DNA of 63,992 bases, the filler included, from Stramenopiles sp. TOSAG23-6 (Eukaryota), in NCBI GenBank assembly GCA_900128565.1. It is 5 parts of 5 records of this genome, joined end to end, with 100 filler letters (N's around TTAATTAATTAA, not from the genome) between each part and the next. Parts side by side here need not be neighbours in the genome. Positions count along the whole stretch, not along the records: positions 13,093 to 26,073 come from LT636181.1; positions 26,174 to 39,151 come from LT636182.1; 3 more parts are not named here. The stretch is one strand, 5' to 3'. Both the position numbers and the translations under genes were made by a program. Of the stretch, positions 14,199 through 26,290 are shown one piece after another. Numbering within the stretch: the first letter of the stretch is position 1; every line of letters starts with the position of its first letter. The notes under the pieces were generated by a model, which was not told the DNA's origin, did no database searches, and was given only the letters and a program-made list of their open reading frames with translations.

Positions 14199-14508
14199 TT
14201 TAATGTATAACGTTTGATCAGTTTTGACAGTTGTAGTTTAGGAAGTATATGCGACAGATAGTAATGCAAACTTTTAAAATAAAGCTGTTTGATAAGTTTT
14301 ATTATTACTGTAATAATAATATTGTCGTCGTTATATAAAAGTATCAAATGTTGGAACACATTTGACCCTTTGTTTTTTAGAAGTTACCCGGTAACTAACA
14401 AAACTCCAAAACTGTCGGATTTTGAGATGTCAAAGTAGTACTTGCTTTCTCTACTATTGTGTCATACTTTTTGTTAATATATATTCTTATTTACAAAATC
14501 TTATAAAA

Positions 14509-14561
14509 TGGGGTGTAGCTCACTTGGTAGAGCGCTCGCTTTGCATGCGAGAGGCAGGGGG
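14509..14561 (+). tRNA. Partial tRNA-Ala(UGC) running into a gap; probably a scaffolding duplicate
   Basis: Identical to the 5' part of 14826-14898; the mirrored arm has only one copy. Confidence 0.5.
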
Positions 14562-14825
14562 NNNNNNNNNNNNNNNNNNNNNNNNNNNNNNNNNNNNNNN
14601 NNNNNNNNNNNNNNNNNNNNNNNNNNNNNNNNNNNNNNNNNNNNNNNNNNNNNNNNNNNNNNNNNNNNNNNNNNNNNNNNNNNNNNNNNNNNNNNNNNNN
14701 NNNNNNNNNNNNNNNNNNNNNNNNNNNNNNNNNNNNNNNNNNNNNNNNNNNNNNNNNNNNNNNNNNNNNNNNNNNNNNNNNNNNNNNNNNNNNNNNNNNN
14801 NNNNNNNNNNNNNNNNNNNNNNNAA

Positions 14826-14898
14826 TGGGGTGTAGCTCACTTGGTAGAGCGCTCGCTTTGCATGCGAGAGGCAGGGGGATCGATGCCCTCCACCTCCA
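14826..14898 (+). tRNA. tRNA-Ala(UGC)
   Basis: Cloverleaf: D-stem GCTC/GAGC, anticodon stem CTCGC/GCGAG with TGC, T-arm GGGGG-ATCGATG-CCCTC, G3:U70, discriminator A, downstream T-run terminator. Pair 1:72 is a U-C mismatch. Confidence 0.9.
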
Positions 14899-15147
14899 AT
14901 GTTTTTTCTTTTTTTGAAAAAAATTGTTTTTTTTTTTGAAAGGTCGAAAAAAAGCGATCAAATAAAATGTGACCCTAACCCTACAAGAGACCATAAAAAG
15001 TAGAAACAGACACAAGAAAATTCTAAAAAGTGTACCATTACAATGACAATGTATCCATAATATTGCCTGTATACAATAATTGAATAATTTATTACGTGTG
15101 TATTAATCTTTGTTTGCTATAACTTGAGTCAATCTTACTTTTATACA

Positions 15148-17397
15148 ATGACTGTTTCACCTAAAAATACTAATTGGGCGCGTGAGCTCAATGCGTTTGC
15201 CATTGAGCCTGGGAACCGTGTATGCGCAGATTGTGATTTTTATCCTTTAGAGGGGAGTTCGACCTTTGTATGTTTATTACATAATGTTTTTGTGTGTGAA
15301 CATTGTGCTAATGCTCGGTTTGATGTTGTTCCTAATAGTGTTGATACTGCCGCAGCTGATTCTGGTGATACTGCCGCCGCTGTTTCTGCTACACACGAGA
15401 GGAAAAAAGTCCTTAGGTCTCTTTATGCTCGTAACTGGTCACGAAAAGAGGTTGAATCTGTCTTGAAGGGTGGAAATAGCCAACAAAATAACGTCCTTGA
15501 ACACTTTATACCAAAAAAGTTCATGAAGCCTCAACCAGATGCGACGTTTGAGTCTCGGAAGTCGTGGATAAAGTTAAAATATGAACAACATATGTTTGCC
15601 ATGCCCTATGGCAAACAAAGAATGAAAGAAAACTCTGCTTTAGCTGCGCTTGCACGACCTGTCCTTGCAACATCAAATACGTTGCCTATTCGTTTGGTTG
15701 ATTATTTTATTGTATTTGGTCCAAAAGGACGAGCAAAGAGAAAATTACCTAATCCTAACACTGACACGAAATGCAGCACGGATTCCGATGGAAAGGAAAA
15801 CGTAGACAAGACACTGGATGTTCTGGAATCCATTCCATTAGAATCACAGATTGAAAGTCAATATCCACCAAAAAATAAACCTTATCGCGATGACTGTACT
15901 GTTCCTCATTCTATCGTCGAGTTTTGCTTTCCACATAAAAGTTTTAGAACGCGCTCAGAAAGTTGTTTGTTAACCCTAACCCTAATCATGAATTTTAATT
16001 TTTTTTTTTTTTCATAGTAAATTTTGTACCTAACAAATTTAAAAAAAAAAAAAAAAAACACTTTTGAAATCTTTTTCACAATATATGTGAACCTACTCTT
16101 CTTGATTTTATCTTGACCAATACGAGTGGTGTAAAACAATATGGTAGTGCATTGATTATGTATGAACCAATATCAAAACTACAGGCAAGAGAAATTTTTG
16201 CAGAAGAATTAATAGAATGTTCTTTAGGGGATCGATTTGAATTTGGTATTGTAAATGATCACTCAGCAGCCACTCTACATGAAGTGTCTATAAATGATAC
16301 TATCAATGATACTATAAATGATACTATAAATGATAATACAGATGAAAAAAGTAATACAAACAAAAAAAATAATATTACAAATAATAAAAATGAGAAAAAT
16401 ACAAATAATAAAAATAATAAAAATAATGAAAATACACGAAATCAACAAATTCAAGCACAAGTGGCTTTTTCCTTGACTAGAAAAGTTCGTAAGTTTGCTG
16501 CGGATTCTTTTTTTGATAAATTATCAATTTTAGATGAGCTTGAAATACATCCAAAACAGAATCGAATTTTGATTCAAGAAGCCAAAAAAAACTTGGAAAA
16601 GACAAATGAAACAAAATTATTCGAAGACGTTCAAAAAATGCTTACCAAAGAATGTACATTTTCAAAAAAAAAAAAAAAAAAAATTTCATACAAAATTTCA
16701 AACCTAATCTCAAATAAAAAAAAAAATTTAAAAATTTTTTTTTCATTGAAAAAAATGGACAATGTTATGTACCAAAAGCTTTAGTCGTTCTTTCACATTA
16801 TTCGTTTTTTTCAGCATATCATATTTTTTTACAACAATGTATGTTTTTTTTTTTTTTTTTTTTAATTTTTTTTTCATAGGAAATTTTGTACCTAACAAAA
16901 ATTAAAATTTTTTTTTTGAAATATTTTTTCAAAAATACATTATTTCGATTAAGTCTTTCGTGTTCTCCTGTCCCAATTGAGCGATATATAACAAATTTCT
17001 GTAGTGAAATTCCATTACCACCTCGTGGTTTAGTTCAAGTTCGTGTAAATATTGCTGATGAAAGTTTTACATTATCAAGATGTATGTTTTATTTTTTTTT
17101 TTTTACAAAAAAAATCGAATTTATTTTTTTTATAAAAATTTTGTACCTAACAATTTTTTTTTTTTTTTTTAAATATTTTTCCAAAATACATCTGCACTTC
17201 GTAAAGAAGAAAAAGATGAAGACGATGCAGTTGCATCAAAAGCTCGACAAGCGAGAGAAATGGTTTTCAATGCTAGAGCTGTAAAAGAAAAGAAGATTTT
17301 TGATGAAAAAGTAGCGAAAGAAAAAGCTGATAAAAAAGCTGAAGAAGAAGCAGAAGCAAGACGAAAAGAATTTTTTGGGGACAGCTCTGAAGATTAA
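15148..17397 (+). CDS. ArfGAP zinc-finger plus DENN-domain protein, 4 family introns; last exon of doubtful origin
   Basis: GNRVCADC..VCEHCA..GGN..WIKLKYE (ArfGAP); VDYFIVFG, FCFP, FILTNTSGVKQYG, YVPKALVVLSHYSFF and IPLPPRG (uDENN/DENN). Confidence 0.8.
15965..16086 (+). mobile_element. Introner-family intron, GT-AT
   Basis: TT|GTTTGT..TACCTAAC..CACAATATAT|GT joins ESCEPTLLDFILTN in frame. Confidence 0.75.
16839..16940 (+). mobile_element. Introner-family intron, GT-AT
   Basis: AT|GTATGT..AAAATACAT|TA gives FLQQLFRLS. Confidence 0.8.
17082..17191 (+). mobile_element. Introner-family intron, GT-AT
   Basis: AT|GTATGT..CCAAAATACAT|CT; the downstream frame stays open to 17397. Confidence 0.7.
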
Positions 17398-17522
17398 TCT
17401 TCTCATTTTAAAAATATATATATACTTTAAGAAATAATAAATACACGTCAATAAATCACGTTTTTAAATGTATGTTTTTAGTTATTTATCAAACACGTTT
17501 TTAAATGTCTCTTTTTATGTTT

Positions 17523-19245
17523 TTAGTTATTCGTTACATTTTCTTGATCACAAAATTTACGTTTAGATCCAACTCGATTTATATGTTCTTTATTTTTATG
17601 AGAATCTTTGATTTCTTTGGAGTATCCTTGTGAATATGCTGATGAATCTACTTTTACTTTTTCTTCATCACGAATTCCAATCTTCAAAACTTCAAAAATT
17701 GCAGTTCCACATTTCCTCGATGAAGATTTGACTAATTGAGCTACTCGCTTCATATTATGAAATTGTAATATAATTCGATTATTACAAGAATGTGCCCATG
17801 TTTCTCCCAGTGCTGGAACCATGTATTGTCAACAAAAAACAAATACAAAAAATTGGTCAAAAAAAATAGGTAAAAAAAATTCATACAAAGAAAAAAAAAT
17901 CTAAAAAAAAAATCTAAAAAAATTTGTTAGGTACGAAATTTCGTACGAAAAAAAAAATCATACAACAAAAAATTTCATCATGAAAAAATACATTTTCCCT
18001 TCTTTACAGCCTGTTTGAGGATTTACAGCAATTCTTGTAGTCATCTGGTTGACAACCACAACAGATGCAGGTGTACATAGAGCAAGTTGATGTAAGCACT
18101 GAGCCATTCCTGAGAGCATGAATTGTGAAAAAATATTTCTTTTTTTACAAAAAAAAAAAATTGTTAGGTACAAAATTTTCTGTGAAAAAATAAAAAAATT
18201 CGAAATTGTGGAAATGAAAACGTATATTCTCGCTCGTTTAGCCATATTGGAAAAATCTCTCCTAAAATGAAAACTGACACTATCAATAATAATTATTCGA
18301 ATCAGTGGATTTTTTTCTATGAAATTCTCTAAATTTTGTATAATAGCCAATTGTTCTCGAAAATCGTGAGCTCTATAAACATGTATTGTGAAACATTCAA
18401 AAAGAAAAAAAACGTTAGGTACAAAATTTTCTATGAAAAAAATAAATAAATTCGAAATTGGTAAAAAAATGATGAAAAAAACAAACGTGAATATTGGATA
18501 GTATAGACTCTCTTGTAAACTGTTTTGCTTCTTCAAGGTAATCTTTATCATCTATTGTAGAACTACTAGATGATTTTGTACGTTTACGGTTTTTCCGTGT
18601 GGCCATTTTTTTAACATGACGAACTAAAGCATCAGCAATTTGAGCGACACGACTGACCATAAAACTGCCTTCGGTATCAATGTAAATGGCATGGCCACCA
18701 ACACCACCAAAGCATTTTGGTATTTGTACATCAACTGCTAATTGGATCATTAGTTGTGTTTTACCTACACCTGCGACACCAACGACTTCGGTTACTTCAC
18801 GCAAAGGAATACCATTTGGGTCAAAAAGCGTGTCCAGTGAACGACAAAAAGAAATTACATTTGGTCCATTGTTTTCGCTCAATAAATCTAGCGCTGTTTT
18901 TGTACGAAGTGGATTTTTACTCAGGGGCTGTGCATGATTGGTGTTTTGTCTTTGTATGGAATCATTTGATTGGCCATTTTGTGAATTTGTGGACTGTAAA
19001 GTTGTGTTACCACTCACTGTTTCAACTGAAGTACCACCACTCGTTCGTACAAGTTTAATTATTTCAAGAGCATCAGAGTTTGACACATCTAAATCTCGAG
19101 ATAGTTCAAGTGGGCTTATGTCCACGAGTTGAGTTGCAGTCTCAAAACCAGCTTCTCTAAGCTTGTTATGAAATTTAGGAGGAAAAGCAAGACAATATAG
19201 TGGTAAAGAAGCCGTAGCTGAGGTCACCGATACTACGCTTTCCAT
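17523..19245 (-). CDS. RAD51C: RAD51 paralog C; exons 19245-18487, 18380-18226, 18117-17992, 17820-17523
   Basis: Walker A GVAGVGKTQ, LAVDVQIP..GG..AIYIDTEGSF, IIIDSVSFHFR, NQMTT and PALGETWAH motifs; three family introns. Confidence 0.92.
17821..17991 (-). mobile_element. Introner-family intron, GT-AT
   Basis: AT|GTATTT..CAATACAT|G restores KMVPALGETW. Confidence 0.8.
18118..18225 (-). mobile_element. Introner-family intron, AT-AT
   Basis: AT|ATACGT..CAATTCAT|G restores RARMLSGMAQ. Confidence 0.75.
18381..18486 (-). mobile_element. Introner-family intron, GT-AT
   Basis: CAC|GTTTGT..CAATACAT|GTT restores LSNIHVYRAHDF; the next two AGs are out of frame. Confidence 0.82.
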
Positions 19246-19757
19246 TTGAAATCTACAACACTTCCTGCTGGAAATAAGTACGAATTAAACGCTGACCAAC
19301 GGATTAAACAAGCTAAAATAGCACTAAGTTAGAGATAGTTACAACAAAAACAGGCTTATCAATTCAACATATTTTCATCATTCTTGATTATTACCATAGG
19401 AAATCCATTACACACGCTGATTTCAGATTGATAATTTGGTCCAAGTAATGAATTTTAATGATAGCATAGCAATAATTAATTCATTGATTTGATTGATTGA
19501 AAAAATCTAGATCTTGTTTTTTCATTTGAATTTTATGTTACCCGGTCCCCTACGTCATTTTTATCTATTTCGAAATAATATTATTACTTTATATGATAGA
19601 TAATATTGGATCATATTTAGAATGTAAAGCGAAACTCTTAATGTATAAAACAGAACAAATGAACAACAATCATTTTTTTGTTTGAAAAAATAATTACGTA
19701 CAAAATCTGGTACAAACAAAAATTAGGAAAAAAATCAAGAGGATTATTTAATATTTA

Positions 19758-21158
19758 TTATAGAAAAGTTGGATTATCTAAATCTAATCTAGATAATTTC
19801 GATACTGCAAGCATTTGCTCTGGTAATTCGTATTCATCACAACCTTGAAGAACAAAACCAATATTACAAATCAAATCTTTTACATGACCTCGAAAAGTCT
19901 GCATTAATTTAACTGCCATTGCTTTGAATGAGGAAACATCAACGTCAATTTCAATGTATTATGGAAAATATTTCAAAAAAAAAAACTAAAATTTGTTAGG
20001 TACAACATTCCGTACGAAAAATAAATTCAAAATTGAAAAAAAATAAAACATATATGTAACTATCTCCTGTATACTGCCGATCACTAGGATGCATTTGCAA
20101 TCCACGGTGATAAAACCTCGCTGTTTTTGCTATTATAAAAGGCGTTGCATTTGCAGATTCACAAATCATTCCAAGTTTTAGTTGTTTCATATTTGTGGAG
20201 TCAACAATGCATTTCACGCGATGATCACCGTTATCCCATTTATTGACAACTTGTTTTTTATCTGAAGATAAAAAGTTAAATCTTGATTTTTCTATTATTA
20301 CTGGTGTAGCATCGCGAGGTCTTTTGCCCATAGACATGAACCAGTTTTGTGCCAACCGTATTCCAGCAACAGCGGCAGTGTCTGATATGTCGTTTGTGTT
20401 TGTTGTAGAATTTCTTCTTGCAGCAGATATCGCTTCAGAAAGTGAAGTTATATGTGAAAAATCACGAACTGCTCGTGCAGCTGCCTTTTCACCTTTTTTA
20501 GTAAAAACACTGAGACATTTGAGAAATTTTGTGGATACTTGATGGCCAATTAAGACATGTTCAGTTGGGCCATCTTTTACGGAACTAGATTTGAGTACTC
20601 CTCTATCCCACTTATATGGAAGTTGAGCACAAGTAAATAAAAATATAGGAATGGAAAATCTTCGACATGATCTGCGTACAGCTTCGTCAACAGTCGGTAG
20701 GGAAAATATTTTTTTTGAGGCAGCATATGAAACAAGATTGTCAACTCTTTTAGGAGCTCTAAATATCTCTACGCCAATGACATCATATAAAGAAAACGTA
20801 GAGGGTACTTTTTTAGGATTCTTTGTTGCAGATTTACGTCGAAAACCTTTTTTTGACTTGGAACTAAAATAATCAGTACTACGAATATTAAAATCAGAGC
20901 CTGAAGCAACAGAAAAATTTGTTTTCTTTTCACCATGCAAAGTGTAACCAAATATTCGGACACCACTTTTAGAATGTCTCTTCTGTGGAGTTTTCGCACC
21001 ATGACTGCTAGAGACACCAGGATTTGAGTGACTTTTACTGGGACGACAAGGTATAACTGGTGGTACTTGGGAAGCTTGCAATGGTGTCAGGTTTTGTGTT
21101 GCAGGTTCCTGACGTCTAAATGTTATTTTTAGCGGTCTTGATGCGGCTATTATCAGCT
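19758..21158 (-). CDS. EDR2 C-terminal (DUF1336) domain protein; 5' end lost at the inversion junction
   Basis: FNIRSTDYF, YIEIDVDVSSF and IGFVLQGCDEYELPEQML motifs after removing 19954-20053. Confidence 0.75.
19954..20053 (-). mobile_element. Introner-family intron, AT-AT
   Basis: AT|ATATGT..TACCTAAC..TAATACAT|T restores YIEIDVDV. Confidence 0.78.
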
Positions 21159-21768
21159 GTAAAGAAGGGAAAATGTATTTTTTCATGATGAAATTTTTTG
21201 TTGTATGATTTTTTTTTTCGTACGAAATTTCGTACCTAACAAATTTTTTTAGATTTTTTTTTTAGATTTTTTTTTCTTTGTATGAATTTTTTTTACCTAT
21301 TTTTTTTGACCAATTTTTTGTATTTGTTTTTTGTTGACAATACATGGTTCCAGCACTGGGAGAAACATGGGCACATTCTTGTAATAATCGAATTATATTA
21401 CAATTTCATAATATGAAGCGAGTAGCTCAATTAGTCAAATCTTCATCGAGGAAATGTGGAACTGCAATTTTTGAAGTTTTGAAGATTGGAATTCGTGATG
21501 AAGAAAAAGTAAAAGTAGATTCATCAGCATATTCACAAGGATACTCCAAAGAAATCAAAGATTCTCATAAAAATAAAGAACATATAAATCGAGTTGGATC
21601 TAAACGTAAATTTTGTGATCAAGAAAATGTAACGAATAACTAAAAACATAAAAAGAGACATTTAAAAACGTGTTTGATAAATAACTAAAAACATACATTT
21701 AAAAACGTGATTTATTGACGTGTATTTATTATTTCTTAAAGTATATATATATTTTTAAAATGAGAAGA

Positions 21769-24335
21769 TTAATCTTCAGAGCTGTCCCCAAAAAATTCTT
21801 TTCGTCTTGCTTCTGCTTCTTCTTCAGCTTTTTTATCAGCTTTTTCTTTCGCTACTTTTTCATCAAAAATCTTCTTTTCTTTTACAGCTCTAGCATTGAA
21901 AACCATTTCTCTCGCTTGTCGAGCTTTTGATGCAACTGCATCGTCTTCATCTTTTTCTTCTTTACGAAGTGCAGATGTATTTTGGAAAAATATTTAAAAA
22001 AAAAAAAAAAAATTGTTAGGTACAAAATTTTTATAAAAAAAATAAATTCGATTTTTTTTGTAAAAAAAAAAAAATAAAACATACATCTTGATAATGTAAA
22101 ACTTTCATCAGCAATATTTACACGAACTTGAACTAAACCACGAGGTGGTAATGGAATTTCACTACAGAAATTTGTTATATATCGCTCAATTGGGACAGGA
22201 GAACACGAAAGACTTAATCGAAATAATGTATTTTTGAAAAAATATTTCAAAAAAAAAATTTTAATTTTTGTTAGGTACAAAATTTCCTATGAAAAAAAAA
22301 TTAAAAAAAAAAAAAAAAAAAACATACATTGTTGTAAAAAAATATGATATGCTGAAAAAAACGAATAATGTGAAAGAACGACTAAAGCTTTTGGTACATA
22401 ACATTGTCCATTTTTTTCAATGATTGATGTATTTTGGAATAATATTTCAAAAAAAATCTAAAAAAATTTGTTAGGTACNNNNNNNNNNNNNNNNNNNNNN
22501 NNNNNNNNNNNNNNNNNNNNNNNNNNNNNNNNNNNNNNNNNNNNNNNNNNNNNNNNNNNNNNNNNNNNNNNNNNNNNNNNNNNNNNNNNNNNNNNNNNNN
22601 NNNNNNNNNNNNNNNNNNNNNNNNNNNNNNNNNNNNNNNNNNNNNNNNNNNNNNNNNNNNNNNNNNNNNNNNNNNNNNNNNNNNNNNNNNNNNNNNNNNN
22701 NNNNNNNNNNNNNNNNNNNNNNNNNNNNNNNNNNNNNNNNAAAAAAAATTTTTAAATTTTTTTTTTTATTTGAGATTAGGTTTGAAATTTTGTATGAAAT
22801 TTTTTTTTTTTTTTTTTTTGAAAATGTACATTCTTTGGTAAGCATTTTTTGAACGTCTTCGAATAATTTTGTTTCATTTGTCTTTTCCAAGTTTTTTTTG
22901 GCTTCTTGAATCAAAATTCGATTCTGTTTTGGATGTATTTCAAGCTCATCTAAAATTGATAATTTATCAAAAAAAGAATCCGCAGCAAACTTACGAACTT
23001 TTCTAGTCAAGGAAAAAGCCACTTGTGCTTGAATTTGTTGATTTCGTGTATTTTCATTATTTTTATTATTTTTATTATTTGTATTTTTCTCATTTTTATT
23101 ATTTGTAATATTATTTTTTTTGTTTGTATTACTTTTTTCATCTGTATTATCATTTATAGTATCATTTATAGTATCATTGATAGTATCATTTATAGACACT
23201 TCATGTAGAGTGGCTGCTGAGTGATCATTTACAATACCAAATTCAAATCGATCCCCTAAAGAACATTCTATTAATTCTTCTGCAAAAATTTCTCTTGCCT
23301 GTAGTTTTGATATTGGTTCATACATAATCAATGCACTACCATATTGTTTTACACCACTCGTATTGGTCAAGATAAAATCAAGAAGAGTAGGTTCACATAT
23401 ATTGTGAAAAAGATTTCAAAAGTGTTTTTTTTTTTTTTTTTTAAATTTGTTAGGTACAAAATTTACTATGAAAAAAAAAAAAAATTAAAATTCATGATTA
23501 GGGTTAGGGTTAACAAACAACTTTCTGAGCGCGTTCTAAAACTTTTATGTGGAAAGCAAAACTCGACGATAGAATGAGGAACAGTACAGTCATCGCGATA
23601 AGGTTTATTTTTTGGTGGATATTGACTTTCAATCTGTGATTCTAATGGAATGGATTCCAGAACATCCAGTGTCTTGTCTACGTTTTCCTTTCCATCGGAA
23701 TCCGTGCTGCATTTCGTGTCAGTGTTAGGATTAGGTAATTTTCTCTTTGCTCGTCCTTTTGGACCAAATACAATAAAATAATCAACCAAACGAATAGGCA
23801 ACGTATTTGATGTTGCAAGGACAGGTCGTGCAAGCGCAGCTAAAGCAGAGTTTTCTTTCATTCTTTGTTTGCCATAGGGCATGGCAAACATATGTTGTTC
23901 ATATTTTAACTTTATCCACGACTTCCGAGACTCAAACGTCGCATCTGGTTGAGGCTTCATGAACTTTTTTGGTATAAAGTGTTCAAGGACGTTATTTTGT
24001 TGGCTATTTCCACCCTTCAAGACAGATTCAACCTCTTTTCGTGACCAGTTACGAGCATAAAGAGACCTAAGGACTTTTTTCCTCTCGTGTGTAGCAGAAA
24101 CAGCGGCGGCAGTATCACCAGAATCAGCTGCGGCAGTATCAACACTATTAGGAACAACATCAAACCGAGCATTAGCACAATGTTCACACACAAAAACATT
24201 ATGTAATAAACATACAAAGGTCGAACTCCCCTCTAAAGGATAAAAATCACAATCTGCGCATACACGGTTCCCAGGCTCAATGGCAAACGCATTGAGCTCA
24301 CGCGCCCAATTAGTATTTTTAGGTGAAACAGTCAT
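21769..24335 (-). CDS. Duplicate copy of the ArfGAP-DENN gene
   Basis: Identical ORFs; this copy shows the ..CCAAAATACAT|CA acceptor of intron 2, which is collapsed in the left copy. Confidence 0.7.
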
Positions 24336-24584
24336 TGTATAAAAGTAAGATTGACTCAAGTTATAGCAAACAAAGATTAATACACACGTAATAAATTATT
24401 CAATTATTGTATACAGGCAATATTATGGATACATTGTCATTGTAATGGTACACTTTTTAGAATTTTCTTGTGTCTGTTTCTACTTTTTATGGTCTCTTGT
24501 AGGGTTAGGGTCACATTTTATTTGATCGCTTTTTTTCGACCTTTCAAAAAAAAAAACAATTTTTTTCAAAAAAAGAAAAAACAT

Positions 24585-24657
24585 TGGAGGTGGAGGGCAT
24601 CGATCCCCCTGCCTCTCGCATGCAAAGCGAGCGCTCTACCAAGTGAGCTACACCCCA
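24585..24657 (-). tRNA. tRNA-Ala(UGC), duplicate copy
   Basis: Reverse complement of 14826-14898. Confidence 0.85.
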
Positions 24658-24967
24658 TTTTATAAGATTTTGTAAATAAGAATATATATTAACAAAAAGT
24701 ATGACACAATAGTAGAGAAAGCAAGTACTACTTTGACATCTCAAAATCCGACAGTTTTGGAGTTTTGTTAGTTACCGGGTAACTTCTAAAAAACAAAGGG
24801 TCAAATGTGTTCCAACATTTGATACTTTTATATAACGACGACAATATTATTATTACAGTAATAATAAAACTTATCAAACAGCTTTATTTTAAAAGTTTGC
24901 ATTACTATCTGTCGCATATACTTCCTAAACTACAACTGTCAAAACTGATCAAACGTTATACATTAAA

Positions 24968-26022
24968 ATGCTTCGTAATGTTAAATTGCTACATCAAGGT
25001 GCATCGCGCACTTTTCGGTCTTCTTTTTCTTCCATGAGCCGTCCAAATCCTGCTCAGGCTTCAAAACTCACCGACATTGGAACACGTGATATTTTTGATT
25101 CTGATCACGATATGTTTCGTGAAATGACACGTAGTTTTTTCGAGAATGAAGTTGTTCCTTTCCATAGTGAATGGGAAAAAGATGGACAAGTACCTCGAGA
25201 ACTTTGGACGAAAGCTGGTGAAAATGGATTGTTAGCTACCATGGTTCCAGAGAAATACGGCGGTATTGGTGTTGATTGTAAGTTCCCTGCCATTGTTTGG
25301 GAGGAACAATCATACAGTGGTTGTACTGGACCTGGATTTGCAATGCATTCTGATATTGTCGCGCCATATATCACTAATTATGGTACTGAAGAACAAAAGC
25401 AGCGGATACTCCCCAAGTTAGTGTCCGGTGAGTGGATTGGAGCTCTTGGAATGACTGAACCATCTGCAGGTTCTGATTTTGCAAATATTAAGACTACAGC
25501 CGTTCAGGATGGTGATGATTGGATTCTTAATGGTTCGAAAGTATTTATAACAAATGGTTGGATGTGTGATTTGGTGATTGTCTGTGCTAAAACGGATCCT
25601 TCTAAGGGTGCTCATGGTGTGTCGTTGTTTTTGATTGAAGATGGGATGAAAGGCTTTACCAAGGGAAAGAAACTAGATAAAATGGGTTTAAAAGCTCAAG
25701 ATACTTCAGAATTGTTTTTTGAGGATCTCCGAGTCCCTTCCAGTGCGTTGTTAGGAGAAGTTAATAAAGGATTTTATTGTGTCATGACAGAACTTCCTCA
25801 AGAAAGATTACTCATTGCTGATATGGGTGTTGCTGCCGCAGAGGCTGTCTTTGAATGGTCTAGAGAATACACCAACGATCGCAAAGCATTTAAAGGTGTT
25901 TTATCTGATCTTCAAACAGTCAGTCATAAGCTTGCGGAAATGAAGACGGACTGTGTTGTCGGTCGTGCTTTTGTTGATCAATGTATTGCTCTACATGCAG
26001 AAAAAAAATTGGACTCCGGAAT
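24968..26022 (+). CDS. ACADL: Duplicate copy of long-chain acyl-CoA dehydrogenase (truncated)
   Basis: Identical translation; ends at AT|GTATGT. Confidence 0.85.
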
Positions 26023-26026
26023 GTAT

Positions 26027-26073
<47 letters not shown>

Positions 26074-26174
26074 NNNNNNNNNNNNNNNNNNNNNNNNNNN
26101 NNNNNNNNNNNNNNNNNTTAATTAATTAANNNNNNNNNNNNNNNNNNNNNNNNNNNNNNNNNNNNNNNNNNNNA

Positions 26175-26211
<37 letters not shown>

Positions 26212-26290
26212 TTAGTAAAAAAAATCGTTAGGTACAAAATTCCGTACGAAAAAAAAATTAAAAATTAAAAATTGAAGTATGAAAATGTAC

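Larger units (their letters stand above)
13093..18010. repeat. Left arm of a ~4.9-kb inverted duplication (partner 21156-26073)
   Basis: The ORF set and sequence are mirrored on the opposite strand with identical translations; unique spacer 18011-21155. Confidence 0.95.
21156..26073. repeat. Right arm of the inverted duplication (RAD51C last exon, ArfGAP-DENN, tRNA-Ala, ACADL copies)
   Basis: Reverse complement of 13093-18010. Confidence 0.95.

Noticed and set aside
14509-14898. Tandem tRNA-Ala array
   Set aside because: The mirrored arm has a single copy with no gap; the first copy is probably gap-flank redundancy.
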